A DNA stretch of 64,000 nucleotides. Origin: a virus. Taxonomy: Duplodnaviria; Caudoviricetes. Under the pieces are notes generated by a model. That model was not told where the DNA came from. It ran no database searches and saw only the letters and a list, made by a program, of their open reading frames with translations. Both the position numbers and the translations under genes were made by a program. Shown piece by piece: positions 37,740-48,329 of this stretch. Location: positions 19,743 through 83,742 of IMG/VR virus record IMGVR_UViG_3300035562_000079. One strand, 5' to 3'. Position 1 is the stretch's first letter. Each line of letters starts with the position of its first letter.

Positions 37740-38708
37740 ATGGGAATGAATAATAGAATGAATACTGCCCTGTTCGATACCGCGTTTAAAGCCTTTAAGG
37801 AAGTACGGAGGGAGTGGATTCAGATTTTACAGCGCTATGCCGTGTACATTAACGACACCGGAGACGGCGTGCAACGGCCTGTGGCGGTGATCAATGATCC
37901 TGAGATAATGGCGCGCCTGCGTCATTTACAGCTTGAATGGGAGCGTTTTTACCTCCTGGCTGAATCTCGCCGTCTTAAAAAGCTGTCGCCGCTCCCGGTT
38001 TCGCTGTATTCGCCGGTGCCGGTTATCGCAACGAGCGGTGATCTGGCGGCTGTCATTGTCACCCAGGCGGCCAATACCATGAAGTGGCACAGGGATAAGG
38101 TAATCATGTCCCTAGAAAAGAAACTAGCTCAACATATGAAAATGCGCCGGTTGGTAGAGTCTGGTGCATTACCACAGAATGAACTGCCTTTAATTAATGC
38201 GACCATCGCCGTATATGAGGCTGATTTGGAGCGCTTCAACGCAATGCCTGAAGGCACTATGCTTGTTCGCCGGCAAAGCGGTTATACCGACGTTATCGTA
38301 AAAATTAAGAATGAGGCTTCACAAGATGAGGTGTCGACTCTGAGTTCTATCTTTGATGGGTTCGTGGAAACGGAGGTTATCCGTGTTGGCGCCTATGGCT
38401 GCGTTATCGATGGCTCTAAGTTGAAATACGAGCCTGTCATTGACGACAAAACAACGGCGGAGACTCGCCGTAATGTTTATGCCAACGTTACGCCAGTACC
38501 GTGCGCGCTGATGAGTTCTAATGCCTCGTTATATCTGCTAGATGACGTTAATCGTGCTAAAGCAGAAGCGAAACAAGCTGCGCTGGATGAGCGGCGCAAA
38601 ACAAGCCGCCATGTAATGCGGGCCTCTCGCGGCCATACAGATGATGTCGCAGAAGAAAAGAAGCCACTTCGCACGCGGATCTCAAGCAAAGCCGTCCCGA
38701 AAAATTGA
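37740..38708 (+). CDS. c1: Primary repressor C1
   Basis: RPVAV, LY.PVP.I, QAAN and GY.D motifs plus basic tail colinear with P1 C1; converges on pacB. Confidence 0.8.
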   Translation: MGMNNRMNTALFDTAFKAFKEVRREWIQILQRYAVYINDTGDGVQRPVAVINDPEIMARLRHLQLEWERFYLLAESRRLKKLSPLPVSLYSPVPVIATSGDLAAVIVTQAANTMKWHRDKVIMSLEKKLAQHMKMRRLVESGALPQNELPLINATIAVYEADLERFNAMPEGTMLVRRQSGYTDVIVKIKNEASQDEVSTLSSIFDGFVETEVIRVGAYGCVIDGSKLKYEPVIDDKTTAETRRNVYANVTPVPCALMSSNASLYLLDDVNRAKAEAKQAALDERRKTSRHVMRASRGHTDDVAEEKKPLRTRISSKAVPKN

Positions 38709-38746
38709 CGCACACACCCTTCCATTTAAATGCTGCGAGGAAGAGG

Positions 38747-40264
38747 CTACGCTGCCCCTTCCTCTGCATCATCAAAGTCATCCAGGTATTTCAACGCGTC
38801 CACTCGTACATTTTCCCTATCGAAACCAACGTCATCATTTGCGGCTACAAAGTCCACCAGCATCGAGAAGCAATACGTATCCCATAGATCTGGTGATTTG
38901 ATATTAAGCTTCTGCCGCATTACGGTTTTCTTCATGATTACGTTCTGTCCCATCTCATTTATATCGACAGGGATTTTACTAGCTTGCTCAGCTGTTTTAG
39001 GGTTCGCATCAAGGCGCATACGACCGGACTTAATCGCATCCCTTGCCATTATGTTGGCAAAAGCGCGCTGGTTGGCGAATCGTTGTTTATCGTCGCGGGA
39101 GTGCATTGGCTTACCCCAATTTATACGAACAACAGGCACACCAAGGGACTCTAGTTCCCTCACTGTTGCATCGCCAATGCCGTCGGCATCAACGGCTATT
39201 GTTATGTTGGGGAACTTCTCTTGAGTGCATTCCTGAAAGATATAGTGAGCAAATTTGACGGGGTGACAGTCGCCGGCCATCTCCATTACCAAGAACGGAA
39301 CAACTCGCCTTGTGTGGCGCCGGCCGGACACCCTGAAAATACTCAACACTGATTTGTCACGGCCGTTACCAACGTCACAACACGCAACCCAACCCCAGCC
39401 TTTATGCAGACGTACTTTCCGCCTTGCTGCCCGTTCGCACTCATCACGTCCCAGGAGGAAGCCATGAGCATTTTTAGGGAACAGGCCTAATACTTTAATT
39501 TGATACTCGGGGTTGTCACGACCACCGTACTCCAACAGCTTACTGCGTATGAACTTCTCATTTACCCACGGGGATTCTTCTGAGTTGAGCGTAATAGCTG
39601 TAAAGTCACCCCTTGGGTTTTCCTTAGAGCGCGCAAGCTTGTGATGGGAGTCGTAGAAATAGCCACTTGGTCGAGTTGGCTGGGATATCAGTAATAGTCG
39701 GTTATCGTCCTCTGTCAGTGCGCCAGTGATGATACCGAAAGCTTTGTCGTTAACACCTGACGCTTCATCGATGATGTAAAATAGGTGTTTAGCGTGTTCG
39801 CCTGCAAGCGCCTCTTCATTACCACGTCGGAAGCCCTTTGGAATGACTGTCCAGCTGCCTTTATTGGCGATCTCATAGAAAGACGTATCAGTGATTACAA
39901 AGTAGTTCTGGAGCCACGGTTGACGGCGAACGCACTCGTTCCAGTTTTGCTTTATATATTTGAAAATACCGGTCATTACCTGTTGGATCTTGTTCGCAAC
40001 GATAATGACGCGCGCACCTGGGTAAAACATCAGGTAGCACAGGATCATGATAGAGGTCATGTCCGATTTACCAGTACCATGCCCCGATGCAACAGTGGTG
40101 CGGCTACCAGTATCTTGGGCGGCGTTGATAATCTCTTCCTGTTGCCAGCTGGGGATCTTACCGAACAGCTCCACGGCTGCCAGGCTCCAGTCATAGCGAT
40201 AGCGGATTACCATATCCCGCCAGCGGGGGTCTGTTGTGACCGAGCGTATCGTTTTACGCGCCAT
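38747..40264 (-). CDS. pacB: Terminase large subunit PacB
   Basis: SGHGTGKS Walker A, IIDEASG Walker B, RNase H DVG..D and SPDLWD. Confidence 0.95.
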   Translation of the reverse strand: MARKTIRSVTTDPRWRDMVIRYRYDWSLAAVELFGKIPSWQQEEIINAAQDTGSRTTVASGHGTGKSDMTSIMILCYLMFYPGARVIIVANKIQQVMTGIFKYIKQNWNECVRRQPWLQNYFVITDTSFYEIANKGSWTVIPKGFRRGNEEALAGEHAKHLFYIIDEASGVNDKAFGIITGALTEDDNRLLLISQPTRPSGYFYDSHHKLARSKENPRGDFTAITLNSEESPWVNEKFIRSKLLEYGGRDNPEYQIKVLGLFPKNAHGFLLGRDECERAARRKVRLHKGWGWVACCDVGNGRDKSVLSIFRVSGRRHTRRVVPFLVMEMAGDCHPVKFAHYIFQECTQEKFPNITIAVDADGIGDATVRELESLGVPVVRINWGKPMHSRDDKQRFANQRAFANIMARDAIKSGRMRLDANPKTAEQASKIPVDINEMGQNVIMKKTVMRQKLNIKSPDLWDTYCFSMLVDFVAANDDVGFDRENVRVDALKYLDDFDDAEEGAA

Positions 40265-41501
40265 CTCTTGCCCCTCCTGGCCCATATAACTCATCGTCGG
40301 TTAGTTCGTCATCAAACTCCTCGTCAGACTCAAATTCACTACTGATAAACTCGCCTTCGCGTCCATCTCCATCGGCGTCAATATCTCCGTAACTACCTTC
40401 ATCAACGATCTGCGCAACCATTGCTCGCCGTTCTGCAATAAAGTCCTCTTTACCCTCCCTCATAGCCTTATGCTTTCTTGCTTCTGCATCGATTTGTTCA
40501 TCATCAACGGTACTTGTATTGTCATCAGGCTCAGGTGGCTTGGTGGCCTCTATACGGGCTTGCTGCATCAAATGAGGTGGAACTATGCCTCCGTTTGCTT
40601 CGATGAACTCTGCCGTCTCCTGATAGCTCCAGTCGTGTTCCTTTTGCTGTTCATAGGCCACCGCAATCAGATTCAGAGTTTCCATTTTGATGCTGTGGGC
40701 CTCTTCCTCTCTGCGCGACTTCAACATCACTGAACGTAGTGCACTCATCGATTTGGCTGTTTCACCGATCCCTACACTGACATTGAGTAGCATCTGTAGC
40801 GTTTTGTGTACCGGGTGCGTGCCTCCTTCATCTGGTTTGAAATCGCCAGCCTCCTCGTCTAACCGGTCGAGACTACGATTGCGAGCGCGCTCCATGAGCT
40901 TTAAGTGGGAATAGACCATTGCAATTGAGCGAGCTTCTAGGGTGTTAATGAAGTTTGGATCTCGCATTTCCTCCAGGGTGTCTTCTACATCCTGGGGGCG
41001 AGGCGTTGCATAACGGCCATGAATAATGCACTCCTCGTTCATGTGTCCAAAGCGACGGCCGCCCCGCGCTTTAGGCACATGAAGCAGGGCCGCATCGTCC
41101 ACCCCGTTCTCCGCCGGGAAAGTGATCTTTTTGTCGCTTGCATGATCACGTGCTTTTCGTGATCTCTTATGGTCTGCCGCCTCAGCGCTAAATCGTGCTT
41201 CACCAGAGCTGGTGCGGGTTCGTCGCACATTTTTGGGGGCAGTGATCACGTGATCACTTTCGCTCCCGATAGGATGATCACTTGAACGATCACGTTTGTG
41301 ATCACCTTTAGAGGCCTTTCCTGCTGGCGCTTTCTTTGGTTTATTCTTTGGAGCTGGCTGCGACTGGTCTGCCGACCTCTTTTTCAGCTCCCTACGGGCC
41401 GTATTTGCGTTCAAGCCGTGGGCTTCAGCATATTCCTTGACTGTGATCCCTCGCTCATTTTGGAGCGCGGCAAATCTTTCTCTGTGCTCATCCCAGGTCA
41501 T
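40254..41501 (-). CDS. pacA: Terminase small subunit PacA
   Basis: N-terminal HTH (GLNANTARR), DH repeats, HG.YA motif; precedes pacB. Confidence 0.88.
   Translation of the reverse strand: MTWDEHRERFAALQNERGITVKEYAEAHGLNANTARRELKKRSADQSQPAPKNKPKKAPAGKASKGDHKRDRSSDHPIGSESDHVITAPKNVRRTRTSSGEARFSAEAADHKRSRKARDHASDKKITFPAENGVDDAALLHVPKARGGRRFGHMNEECIIHGRYATPRPQDVEDTLEEMRDPNFINTLEARSIAMVYSHLKLMERARNRSLDRLDEEAGDFKPDEGGTHPVHKTLQMLLNVSVGIGETAKSMSALRSVMLKSRREEEAHSIKMETLNLIAVAYEQQKEHDWSYQETAEFIEANGGIVPPHLMQQARIEATKPPEPDDNTSTVDDEQIDAEARKHKAMREGKEDFIAERRAMVAQIVDEGSYGDIDADGDGREGEFISSEFESDEEFDDELTDDELYGPGGARDGA
41123..41304. promoter_or_regulatory. pac site (GATC hexamer clusters)
   Basis: (T/C)GATC(A/T) at 41123, 41143, 41160 and 41243, 41251, 41275, 41287, 41299 inside pacA. 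Confidence 0.8.
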
Positions 41502-41541
41502 TCGATGCTACTCAGTGGCCTAATTTCAGTACGTGCAACGC

Positions 41542-41560
41542 GGTATATCAAAAGTGAGTA
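41542..41560 (-). promoter_or_regulatory. Putative late promoter (LPpac-like)
   Basis: TACTCACTTT upstream of pacA. Confidence 0.5.
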
Positions 41561-41707
41561 ATGAAGCTGGCATTTTTAGATTTATCATGTTTTTGAAATC
41601 ATTAATTAACCATTTGCAATCAAATATCATCTCTTTGCTTGAATGGAAGATCGCAGTGAGATAATCTCTCACCGTGTTTTACCTAACAGAGAAAAAGGCG
41701 AAAAAAA

Positions 41708-42811
41708 ATGAGCAAAAACAAACCAGTTTATGTGGCTTTAGACTGTGGCTCTGGCAATGTTGCTACCGTAATGGAGAATAAGGGCGAGGTTCAGATTCGT
41801 GTAACTCCATCGTTTGTAGCGAGAGTGCTGGGACAGGCGAAAGAAAGCGACTCGAAGACTAACTGGGTTACCACGGGTGCCAGCGGCGAACTGGAAACCT
41901 ATGCTGTGATGAATAAGGCTATCGGCGCCATTGATACCCGGACACCCGATTATCAACTGAGCGCGGCTTGTCGTGTGCTTGTAGTTAATGCTTTGGCACA
42001 GCTCAAACTTGGCGGCCGCAAAGTAGTGATCGCTGACACCTTGCCGGCAGACCAGTATTACGATGATAACAACGCCATAAACCGCCAGCAGATCGAGCTG
42101 AAGAGAAATTCCTTGATGACCGCGGTAACCAACGCCACCAGCGAAATTGCTTCACCTGACATCGTGTGTGTTGAAATCATGCCGGAAGCCGTGACCGCAT
42201 ATAATGCAGCCCTATACACCCAGGATGGGCAAGATAACCCGTTCCTGATTGGTGCCAAGGATGTAGCCATTATCGATATTGGTCGCTATACCTGCGATAT
42301 CGCACACTTGGATTGTGACAACCATACCCTGTTCTCACGTGGCACAACCCCTCGCGGTGTTCATATCATGCTGGAAGCGGTCAAAATGCAGATGATTGAC
42401 CAGGCAGAAACGATCGGTATCCCTGTGGAGAAAGTTCGCGTGATGACGCTCGATGACATCGACTCCATTGTCCGCAAGGGCTACTACGGTTCGAGCATTG
42501 AAGCCTTGAAAGATAAACGGGTGTATCTTGACCATATCATCTCGGCTGCGGCAGCAAGCTTCGCAAGTGAAATCAACTATGCTCTCAAAACCATTGTTAA
42601 GTCACTTGGCAGCATCGATGCGCTGATTATTGTTGGCGGCGGCGCATACTATATTGGTGGCCTGCTTCGAGAAATGCCTAACTTTGTTGCGGATTGGCAT
42701 GATAACGTTGTGATACCCCACCAGCCGGAAACTGCGGTCGCACGTGGTGCATACCTTGCCCTATTGGCCCGGCATGATGTGGAAGATCAAACAACTGAAA
42801 TTGAGGCTTAA
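41708..42811 (+). CDS. parM: ParM/StbA actin-like partition ATPase
   Basis: LDCGSGN, MPEA, IDIGRYT.D and VGGGA actin-fold motifs. Confidence 0.88.
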   Translation: MSKNKPVYVALDCGSGNVATVMENKGEVQIRVTPSFVARVLGQAKESDSKTNWVTTGASGELETYAVMNKAIGAIDTRTPDYQLSAACRVLVVNALAQLKLGGRKVVIADTLPADQYYDDNNAINRQQIELKRNSLMTAVTNATSEIASPDIVCVEIMPEAVTAYNAALYTQDGQDNPFLIGAKDVAIIDIGRYTCDIAHLDCDNHTLFSRGTTPRGVHIMLEAVKMQMIDQAETIGIPVEKVRVMTLDDIDSIVRKGYYGSSIEALKDKRVYLDHIISAAAASFASEINYALKTIVKSLGSIDALIIVGGGAYYIGGLLREMPNFVADWHDNVVIPHQPETAVARGAYLALLARHDVEDQTTEIEA

Positions 42812-42813
42812 TT

Positions 42814-43293
42814 ATGGCTGAAAACAAACGCCGTCTACTTCAGCTTAATCTGGATAAAGTTGCAGCTCACAGCTATTTTGGAAAACGCTTTGTCGATAAG
42901 CACCAAAAGACTGATGCTCTGGTATCCCGGCAGGCACTGCTGTTCAACTCGATCAGCATCGGCAATATGATTATCGAAAGCGGTTTGGATAGCGCCTTTA
43001 AAGCCCTGGATAATGCGACGTTTGCGAACGCCAGTAAGGCTGATCGAGCCGAAATGATTCTTCGAGCGTTGGAGCTATTTAGCGGAGTTAAAACCACCAG
43101 CGGCAAAGCTTCTCAGCAACCCCCTGAGCCGTCAGTGCAAAGGGTTGTTGAGTCAGGGCCACCAGCAGTGAAAGCTGAAGACAAGCCCGTGGATCAGACA
43201 CCTGAAGCGCCGGCTGAAGAATACAGTGACAGCGCCGAAACCACAAAAATGTCATTGCCGTTAAAACGTGATAAAGCCCGAACGTTTAGCTAA
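42814..43293 (+). CDS. Putative ParR/StbB adaptor
   Basis: Directly after parM; low-complexity C-terminus. Confidence 0.55.
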   Translation: MAENKRRLLQLNLDKVAAHSYFGKRFVDKHQKTDALVSRQALLFNSISIGNMIIESGLDSAFKALDNATFANASKADRAEMILRALELFSGVKTTSGKASQQPPEPSVQRVVESGPPAVKAEDKPVDQTPEAPAEEYSDSAETTKMSLPLKRDKARTFS

Positions 43294-43668
43294 TAGGCTG
43301 TGAAATAACTCCCTTCCAAAAGCCATCGCACTCAGCATGGCTTTTTCCTTTGCATCGCCCCTGAGTGTTTCCTTGATGATGGTAGTGGATAGGTCGGTGC
43401 GTCTACCATTGCGGAACTTGAAGTAATGGCTGCTGATAGCTTTCAAGTGGAAAGTTCGCGGCCGGATCTCGTCATAAAGCACGCAATCCGCCTGGTTGGA
43501 ACGGTAGAAACCTTTCAACCGTATATAGATGTCATTTTTTTCTATGAGGAGGCCTGGATATGCTTTCTGGAGAAGAATAGTTAGCTCGGGGGCTGAGACA
43601 GGCCTATTTAGTCTCAACATAAAATCTGCGACTTCTGCACTGTTGATGCGTGGGCGATTTTCCTGCAT
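43261..43668 (-). CDS. lpa: Late promoter activator Lpa
   Basis: RI.S.E.ADFM, S..EL..L.K.YP, D.Y.RLK and RPR.F as in P1 Lpa. Confidence 0.8.
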   Translation of the reverse strand: MQENRPRINSAEVADFMLRLNRPVSAPELTILLQKAYPGLLIEKNDIYIRLKGFYRSNQADCVLYDEIRPRTFHLKAISSHYFKFRNGRRTDLSTTIIKETLRGDAKEKAMLSAMAFGRELFHSLLAKRSGFITF

Positions 43669-44036
43669 TGCGTCCTTCACTCTGCTGTGTTGCGTAAAAC
43701 TAATTAAAGCATTCGGGACGATAATAGCTGGAGAACAATGACCTTTCAAATGCGCTATTGAGCCGGAAAACTCACAAGTGCTAAGGCGGGCGAGGTTTCT
43801 CCTGTTAATGCATTACTAATTAACTAATTATTTTAGACCGCTTCGTAAGCCATCTTCATTTTTTAGTACAATGTTCTGTTTTCAGCTAAAAATGACATAG
43901 TGACTTACACGGCACACAACTGTCGGGATTTACCAATTCTATTTAACTAACAGGATGTTAGACCAAACCCACAAAACCAATTCCCATCATGGTAAAATTG
44001 GAATCCAGCGGCGCCCTTTTAATAACCGGAGAAAAC

Positions 44037-44465
44037 ATGGCTATATATAACGGCTTGCAGTTCAGAACGAGACTTGAGGCCCGCTGGGCGGCATTCTTTG
44101 ATTTGGCTGGATGGGAATGGCACGTAAACCCTGTAGCAGTTGATGATTGGGCGCCAGATTTCCGCGTCACTTTCCCTTGTAGGCACTCCGAATGTGCCGG
44201 GACGCACACCTTACTCGTTGCTATCGTCCCTTCGTCAAATATTGACGATATCAAATCACACCCGTGCCTTGAGAATGCTTATGGCGTATGTGCTGCTTAT
44301 AAAGGTTTAAACGTTGCCGTAGATGCAGGTGCGGTTTTTGGTACGTCCCCAAAAGTTTCTCAGTGGGAGTTCGTACATGGATCAGGTGGGGGCATTTACG
44401 AGGTGGGTTCATTCGTTCATGACGCAAATTCACTTTGGGAAAAAACCTTCAAACTGGTTTTATAA
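44037..44465 (+). CDS. PD-(D/E)XK-like nuclease family protein
   Basis: YNG.QFR.RLEARWAAFFD..GW.W...PDF motif. Confidence 0.7.
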   Translation: MAIYNGLQFRTRLEARWAAFFDLAGWEWHVNPVAVDDWAPDFRVTFPCRHSECAGTHTLLVAIVPSSNIDDIKSHPCLENAYGVCAAYKGLNVAVDAGAVFGTSPKVSQWEFVHGSGGGIYEVGSFVHDANSLWEKTFKLVL

Positions 44466-44537
44466 GCTTTATGAGTTAGCCAATGACCCATTGAGAATTG
44501 CCGGCGCTCAATGGGTATGGAACCCTGCGAGCCACGT

Positions 44538-44957
44538 CTAAAACAACCTCATTTGCCCTTGGCCGGCTATTCTCCCCCCCACCAGCATTACAGCCCTCCT
44601 TATTTTTGCGTTGTGCGCCCTTCTCGCAGACTCTGCATCGCCACTTGTAGCGAATATCACCGGAGGGTTAATAACGCCGTGTAGCGTCCCTGTGTTTGCA
44701 TCTGTGTGGCGCGCAATACAAACGGGACAATAGTCGGTTGAGTCCCAAAACCCCGAGCGCCCCATTTTGAAGTGAATCATCCCTTTACGGGTGGCACAGG
44801 ATTGGCAAATTTCAACGTCGCACGTCAGGCGCTGGTGAATATCGATGCATAAGCGAGGTTCTTTGCCTGTCATATCCATTACCCCCATAAACCCCAATTC
44901 ACCATCGCAAAACAGATCTGCCTTCTCTCCACAGAAAACACAACTGCTCCTACTCAT
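44538..44957 (-). CDS. Cys-rich hypothetical protein
   Basis: Multiple CxxC motifs. Confidence 0.6.
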   Translation of the reverse strand: MSRSSCVFCGEKADLFCDGELGFMGVMDMTGKEPRLCIDIHQRLTCDVEICQSCATRKGMIHFKMGRSGFWDSTDYCPVCIARHTDANTGTLHGVINPPVIFATSGDAESARRAHNAKIRRAVMLVGGRIAGQGQMRLF

Positions 44958-45052
44958 TATTTCCCCTTATCATCTTGGGAATAATAGCCTCAAATCAGGC
45001 TTAACTTATTGATTTATCCGACGACCCAAAAGTGGGCCGTCGGGCGAAACGC

Positions 45053-45268
45053 TCATTTCCTACTGGGCCTATTTACCCGTCTTGTCGTATTGCGGTATTC
45101 CGCTGAACCGTAGATAAAACCCAACCCGCCAAACACGAACGCTATCTTACCGGCCGTGGCTGTACCCCATTCGGCGCCCCATACAATCCCAACGATGACG
45201 CCCCAAGTGATGAATGCCGCCCCCACCAGTAGGGAGCGGAACATAGCGATTATGGTGTTACTCGCCAT
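45053..45268 (-). CDS. Small membrane protein
   Basis: Two hydrophobic segments. Confidence 0.55.
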   Translation of the reverse strand: MASNTIIAMFRSLLVGAAFITWGVIVGIVWGAEWGTATAGKIAFVFGGLGFIYGSAEYRNTTRRVNRPSRK

Positions 45269-45916
45269 TCAAATTTCTGGCGCCGGTTGAGGGAGCAAAG
45301 CCTTAAAGGCCTCTACCCTGGCATCATGAACCGCTCTTTCCTCTGGAGTCATCGCCTCCATTTCTTTGTTGCACTCAGCCCGGCGGGCCAACGCCTCGAG
45401 TAGTGTCTTTGTCGGGATACCCTTGCCGAGCTTCAAACCAGGCAGTAAATGCACGGGGCATGGCAGTCTTTCTGGGTATGATGGCGATTGCGGGGCGGTG
45501 AACGGTTCGCCTCTTTCTTCTTCTTCCCGATGATCTGCTTTGGCCCAAAACGCCAGGACTTTGCGCCCGTCGCCCTTGTATGGGGCAAGCCATTGTCCAT
45601 CAAGCTTTTCAAACGAAATGGTGATTGGAACTCGCCTGACAGCATTGCCATCCAAAATATCAGCAGGCATGCGTAACAATGCGGTGGTTTCCATTGACGG
45701 ATCAAGCGTCTGAAGTTGCCCGATCATCTGCCCAACAGTTTTCGGCGATCCCCATTCAACCGGCTGCGCCTCCCGGTTAGCCAGGATTTCTGCGGTAAGT
45801 GCTAGAATGGCTTTAGCCGCGATATGCTCCGTGTCGTGTTCGTCAGTTTCATCTGCTGTGACTTCTGCATTTCTGCGCCACAGCTTTACTGTCTCAGTCG
45901 TTAGTGTCTGTGTCAT
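45269..45916 (-). CDS. Hypothetical phage early protein (mosaic)
   Basis: Start MTQT, ATGA-coupled to the upstream ORF. Confidence 0.6.
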   Translation of the reverse strand: MTQTLTTETVKLWRRNAEVTADETDEHDTEHIAAKAILALTAEILANREAQPVEWGSPKTVGQMIGQLQTLDPSMETTALLRMPADILDGNAVRRVPITISFEKLDGQWLAPYKGDGRKVLAFWAKADHREEEERGEPFTAPQSPSYPERLPCPVHLLPGLKLGKGIPTKTLLEALARRAECNKEMEAMTPEERAVHDARVEAFKALLPQPAPEI

Positions 45917-46086
45917 GCATCCCCCTGGATATCTTTCTGAATATCGTGCTGCGCCTGCTGTCTTGCGTGCGACTTGCACACGTTGCGTGGTTCATCCATG
46001 CCGTGGCCTTTTTTGTGTCCTCGGCTGCGGCATAGAGCGCACAAACAACCGGGGCGCGCGCTTCGCTTAATTCCGTATGGTTTCAC
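45913..46086 (-). CDS. Small Cys/His protein (57 aa, not in ORF track)
   Basis: GTG start after GGGGG; MKPYGIKRSARPGCLCALC...; fills the operon gap. Confidence 0.5.
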   Translation of the reverse strand: MKPYGIKRSARPGCLCALCRSRGHKKGHGMDEPRNVCKSHARQQAQHDIQKDIQGDA

Positions 46087-46095
46087 TTTTCCCCC

Positions 46096-46518
46096 TTAAC
46101 CTGCCGTTGATTCGACCTGGGCCGGGAAATCAATAACCCCCAATACGGCACCGAGTTTAGTTGCGGTAGGAATGTAGTCACCGCCCTCGTGTTCTAAAAC
46201 CTTGCAAATAAGATCGCTAAAACTGCTGTCGTAAACAGTGATGTCGCAATCGCCAGCCGTTGCAAATCCTAAGCGCTTTGAAGGGCAGCGATTCAGCACC
46301 TCCTGCAACTCTTCCAGCTCTGCAAGCAGGGCTGTTATAAGTTGCGATGTTTCTAGCAGCGTGATGGTATGTAATACGCTCGATGCTTCAGACGTTAATG
46401 CTGCTAATTTTGACCAACGATCAAAGTTTTTCGCTGCAATGCGGGCAGCTGCTTTTAGTGCGCTGAATTTATCCGCTGCAATGCAGACCGCCGCTTTTAG
46501 TGCGCTGAATTTGTCCAT
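46096..46518 (-). CDS. Ead/Ea22-like protein
   Basis: MDKFSALKAA and ITALLAELE patterns. Confidence 0.55.
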   Translation of the reverse strand: MDKFSALKAAVCIAADKFSALKAAARIAAKNFDRWSKLAALTSEASSVLHTITLLETSQLITALLAELEELQEVLNRCPSKRLGFATAGDCDITVYDSSFSDLICKVLEHEGGDYIPTATKLGAVLGVIDFPAQVESTAG

Positions 46519-46808
46519 TACTCACACAGCCTTTTCCCGCACTGCGGGCAGTGAATAAAACGGTTAGAAAAACCGGGATGCGGAACGGCAAAGCGCTTTG
46601 TTTTTTCATTCCAGTCTTCAAGAACGTCATTGAATTTCGCAATTTCAGGTGCCCATTCAGATTCGATAATCGTTCTGGTTCCAATCATTCCCGCATGGCA
46701 TGTCCCTAGCTGGCAGAATTCTCTCTGCTTATTTTCACCTGACTTGCCACATGAGCGATCTCCAGGTACGAGAGGTAGAACCGGAGGCTCTTTCATTTTT
46801 TGGCTCAT
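46518..46808 (-). CDS. Hypothetical Zn-ribbon protein
   Basis: C-terminal CPQCG motif. Confidence 0.55.
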   Translation of the reverse strand: MSQKMKEPPVLPLVPGDRSCGKSGENKQREFCQLGTCHAGMIGTRTIIESEWAPEIAKFNDVLEDWNEKTKRFAVPHPGFSNRFIHCPQCGKRLCE

Positions 46809-46817
46809 AACATCATC

Positions 46818-47081
46818 TCACCACGGAACAATGACGCAGGTTGCCAAGAACGCGCCTCGGCTTCGTTCTTTGGCCGGATAGTAGTAAGTGCTGAATCCAT
46901 CGCGTGGTGTAGCGCGATACCAACCAACGACAAGCTCACCTTTTTCATAATGTTCTCGATAACTTTCATCTATTTCTTCAGCATCGATAGCGGCCGCAAT
47001 TACCGTTTCCTTGCTATGTTCACCTCGAGCCATTAGCGTGCGGCTATCGTCGCTACGCAATACGTCCACTTGAACATTCAT
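46818..47081 (-). CDS. Hypothetical protein
   Basis: Coupled ORF in operon. Confidence 0.55.
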   Translation of the reverse strand: MNVQVDVLRSDDSRTLMARGEHSKETVIAAAIDAEEIDESYREHYEKGELVVGWYRATPRDGFSTYYYPAKERSRGAFLATCVIVPW

Positions 47082-47980
47082 GCTGCCTTATCCCTTACCT
47101 GGCCCATATAACGGATCATTTCCATCCCCACCCATTCGGCAACGTGCTTACTGACTCCGTTACCTACCTGTCGATAGCCAGCGGTATCTGAGACGGGGAA
47201 TGTGAACCAATCAGGAACTCCCTGGAGGCGCGCATATTCACGTAATGAATAGGGCCGGACACCCATTGGATAGCGGTTGTCGACCACCAGCCGCGTAGAT
47301 TTGTCTTTGGCATAATGGGCTACACACGTCGGGGCAATATCACCCATAGCCGGATCGCTGATGATCGGAAGGTCACGATACGAGCCGCTCATGCGCGCTT
47401 TAATCGCAGACGGCAGCGTTACCCGAGGTTCTTCTTCTAGGATGGCTGATAGTGGTACAGGCTTCGTGTTTTCTGGCGGTCGCATGTCGAACGGTCTACG
47501 GGTACCGACGATAATCAGACGATTGCGGCGCTGCGGAAGCCACAGCTCTGATTTCACCGGGCAAAATACCTGTATGTAATAGTCAGGCATCCTCGTCATC
47601 GCTTCCATAACGACTGGGAACGCACGCATACCAGGGACGTTCTCTACAACATAGAATTCAGGCCGAGCCAGAGCAAAGTGCCGCAGCGCGTGTAAAAAGA
47701 GGTCATCGCCAGTTCGGGTGCCGTGGATATCCCCAATCGTTGAGTATTTCGTACATGGGTACGTGAAAACCATCCCGTGGCAGCTGTCCTGCTCGAATAC
47801 CAACTCCTTTGAGATATCGCATTGCTTAATGTGATCCCCAAGATTGGCGCGGTAGGTTTTGCAAGCGTCTGCATCAAGTTCAAACGCCTGGTTAATTTGA
47901 ATGCCAGCATCCATAAGGCCAATATCCATTAAGCCAGCACCACAGAAGTAGGAATTGACCGTTATAGGGTTACGCACCAT
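47078..47980 (-). CDS. DNA cytosine-5 methyltransferase
   Basis: FCGAG, PC, ENV, Q.R.R, RE.ARLQG and GN motifs. Confidence 0.92.
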   Translation of the reverse strand: MVRNPITVNSYFCGAGLMDIGLMDAGIQINQAFELDADACKTYRANLGDHIKQCDISKELVFEQDSCHGMVFTYPCTKYSTIGDIHGTRTGDDLFLHALRHFALARPEFYVVENVPGMRAFPVVMEAMTRMPDYYIQVFCPVKSELWLPQRRNRLIIVGTRRPFDMRPPENTKPVPLSAILEEEPRVTLPSAIKARMSGSYRDLPIISDPAMGDIAPTCVAHYAKDKSTRLVVDNRYPMGVRPYSLREYARLQGVPDWFTFPVSDTAGYRQVGNGVSKHVAEWVGMEMIRYMGQVRDKAA

Positions 47981-48329
47981 GACTGCCCCCTGAAGCTTCG
48001 CCATAATTTCCGTACCACCAGCCATCGTCAGCTTTAGTAAGCAGCATTTTTTTGACCGCCTCCCCTCCCCCTAAAATCTGCTCGCGTGCCTTCTTCGGAA
48101 CCGCGAATGTCATACCGACCTTTCCATTCAATTTTCGCTTGAAGTCGCCACCAGTTTTTAACCTGAGCTTTTTTAATTCCGCATCTACCTGGAATTCAAT
48201 CGTGGGCTGCTTTGGGCCTTCAAATACTGCAATCGTGATGTGACCGATTCCGTTCCTTCTGACGGTAACCGCTGGCGTCCGGTTCGGGCCGTCTCGTAGC
48301 GTCATTTCATTTATTGATACAAAGGCCAC
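47970..48329 (-). CDS. Hypothetical protein
   Basis: Coupled ORF. Confidence 0.6.
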   Translation of the reverse strand: MAFVSINEMTLRDGPNRTPAVTVRRNGIGHITIAVFEGPKQPTIEFQVDAELKKLRLKTGGDFKRKLNGKVGMTFAVPKKAREQILGGGEAVKKMLLTKADDGWWYGNYGEASGGSHGA

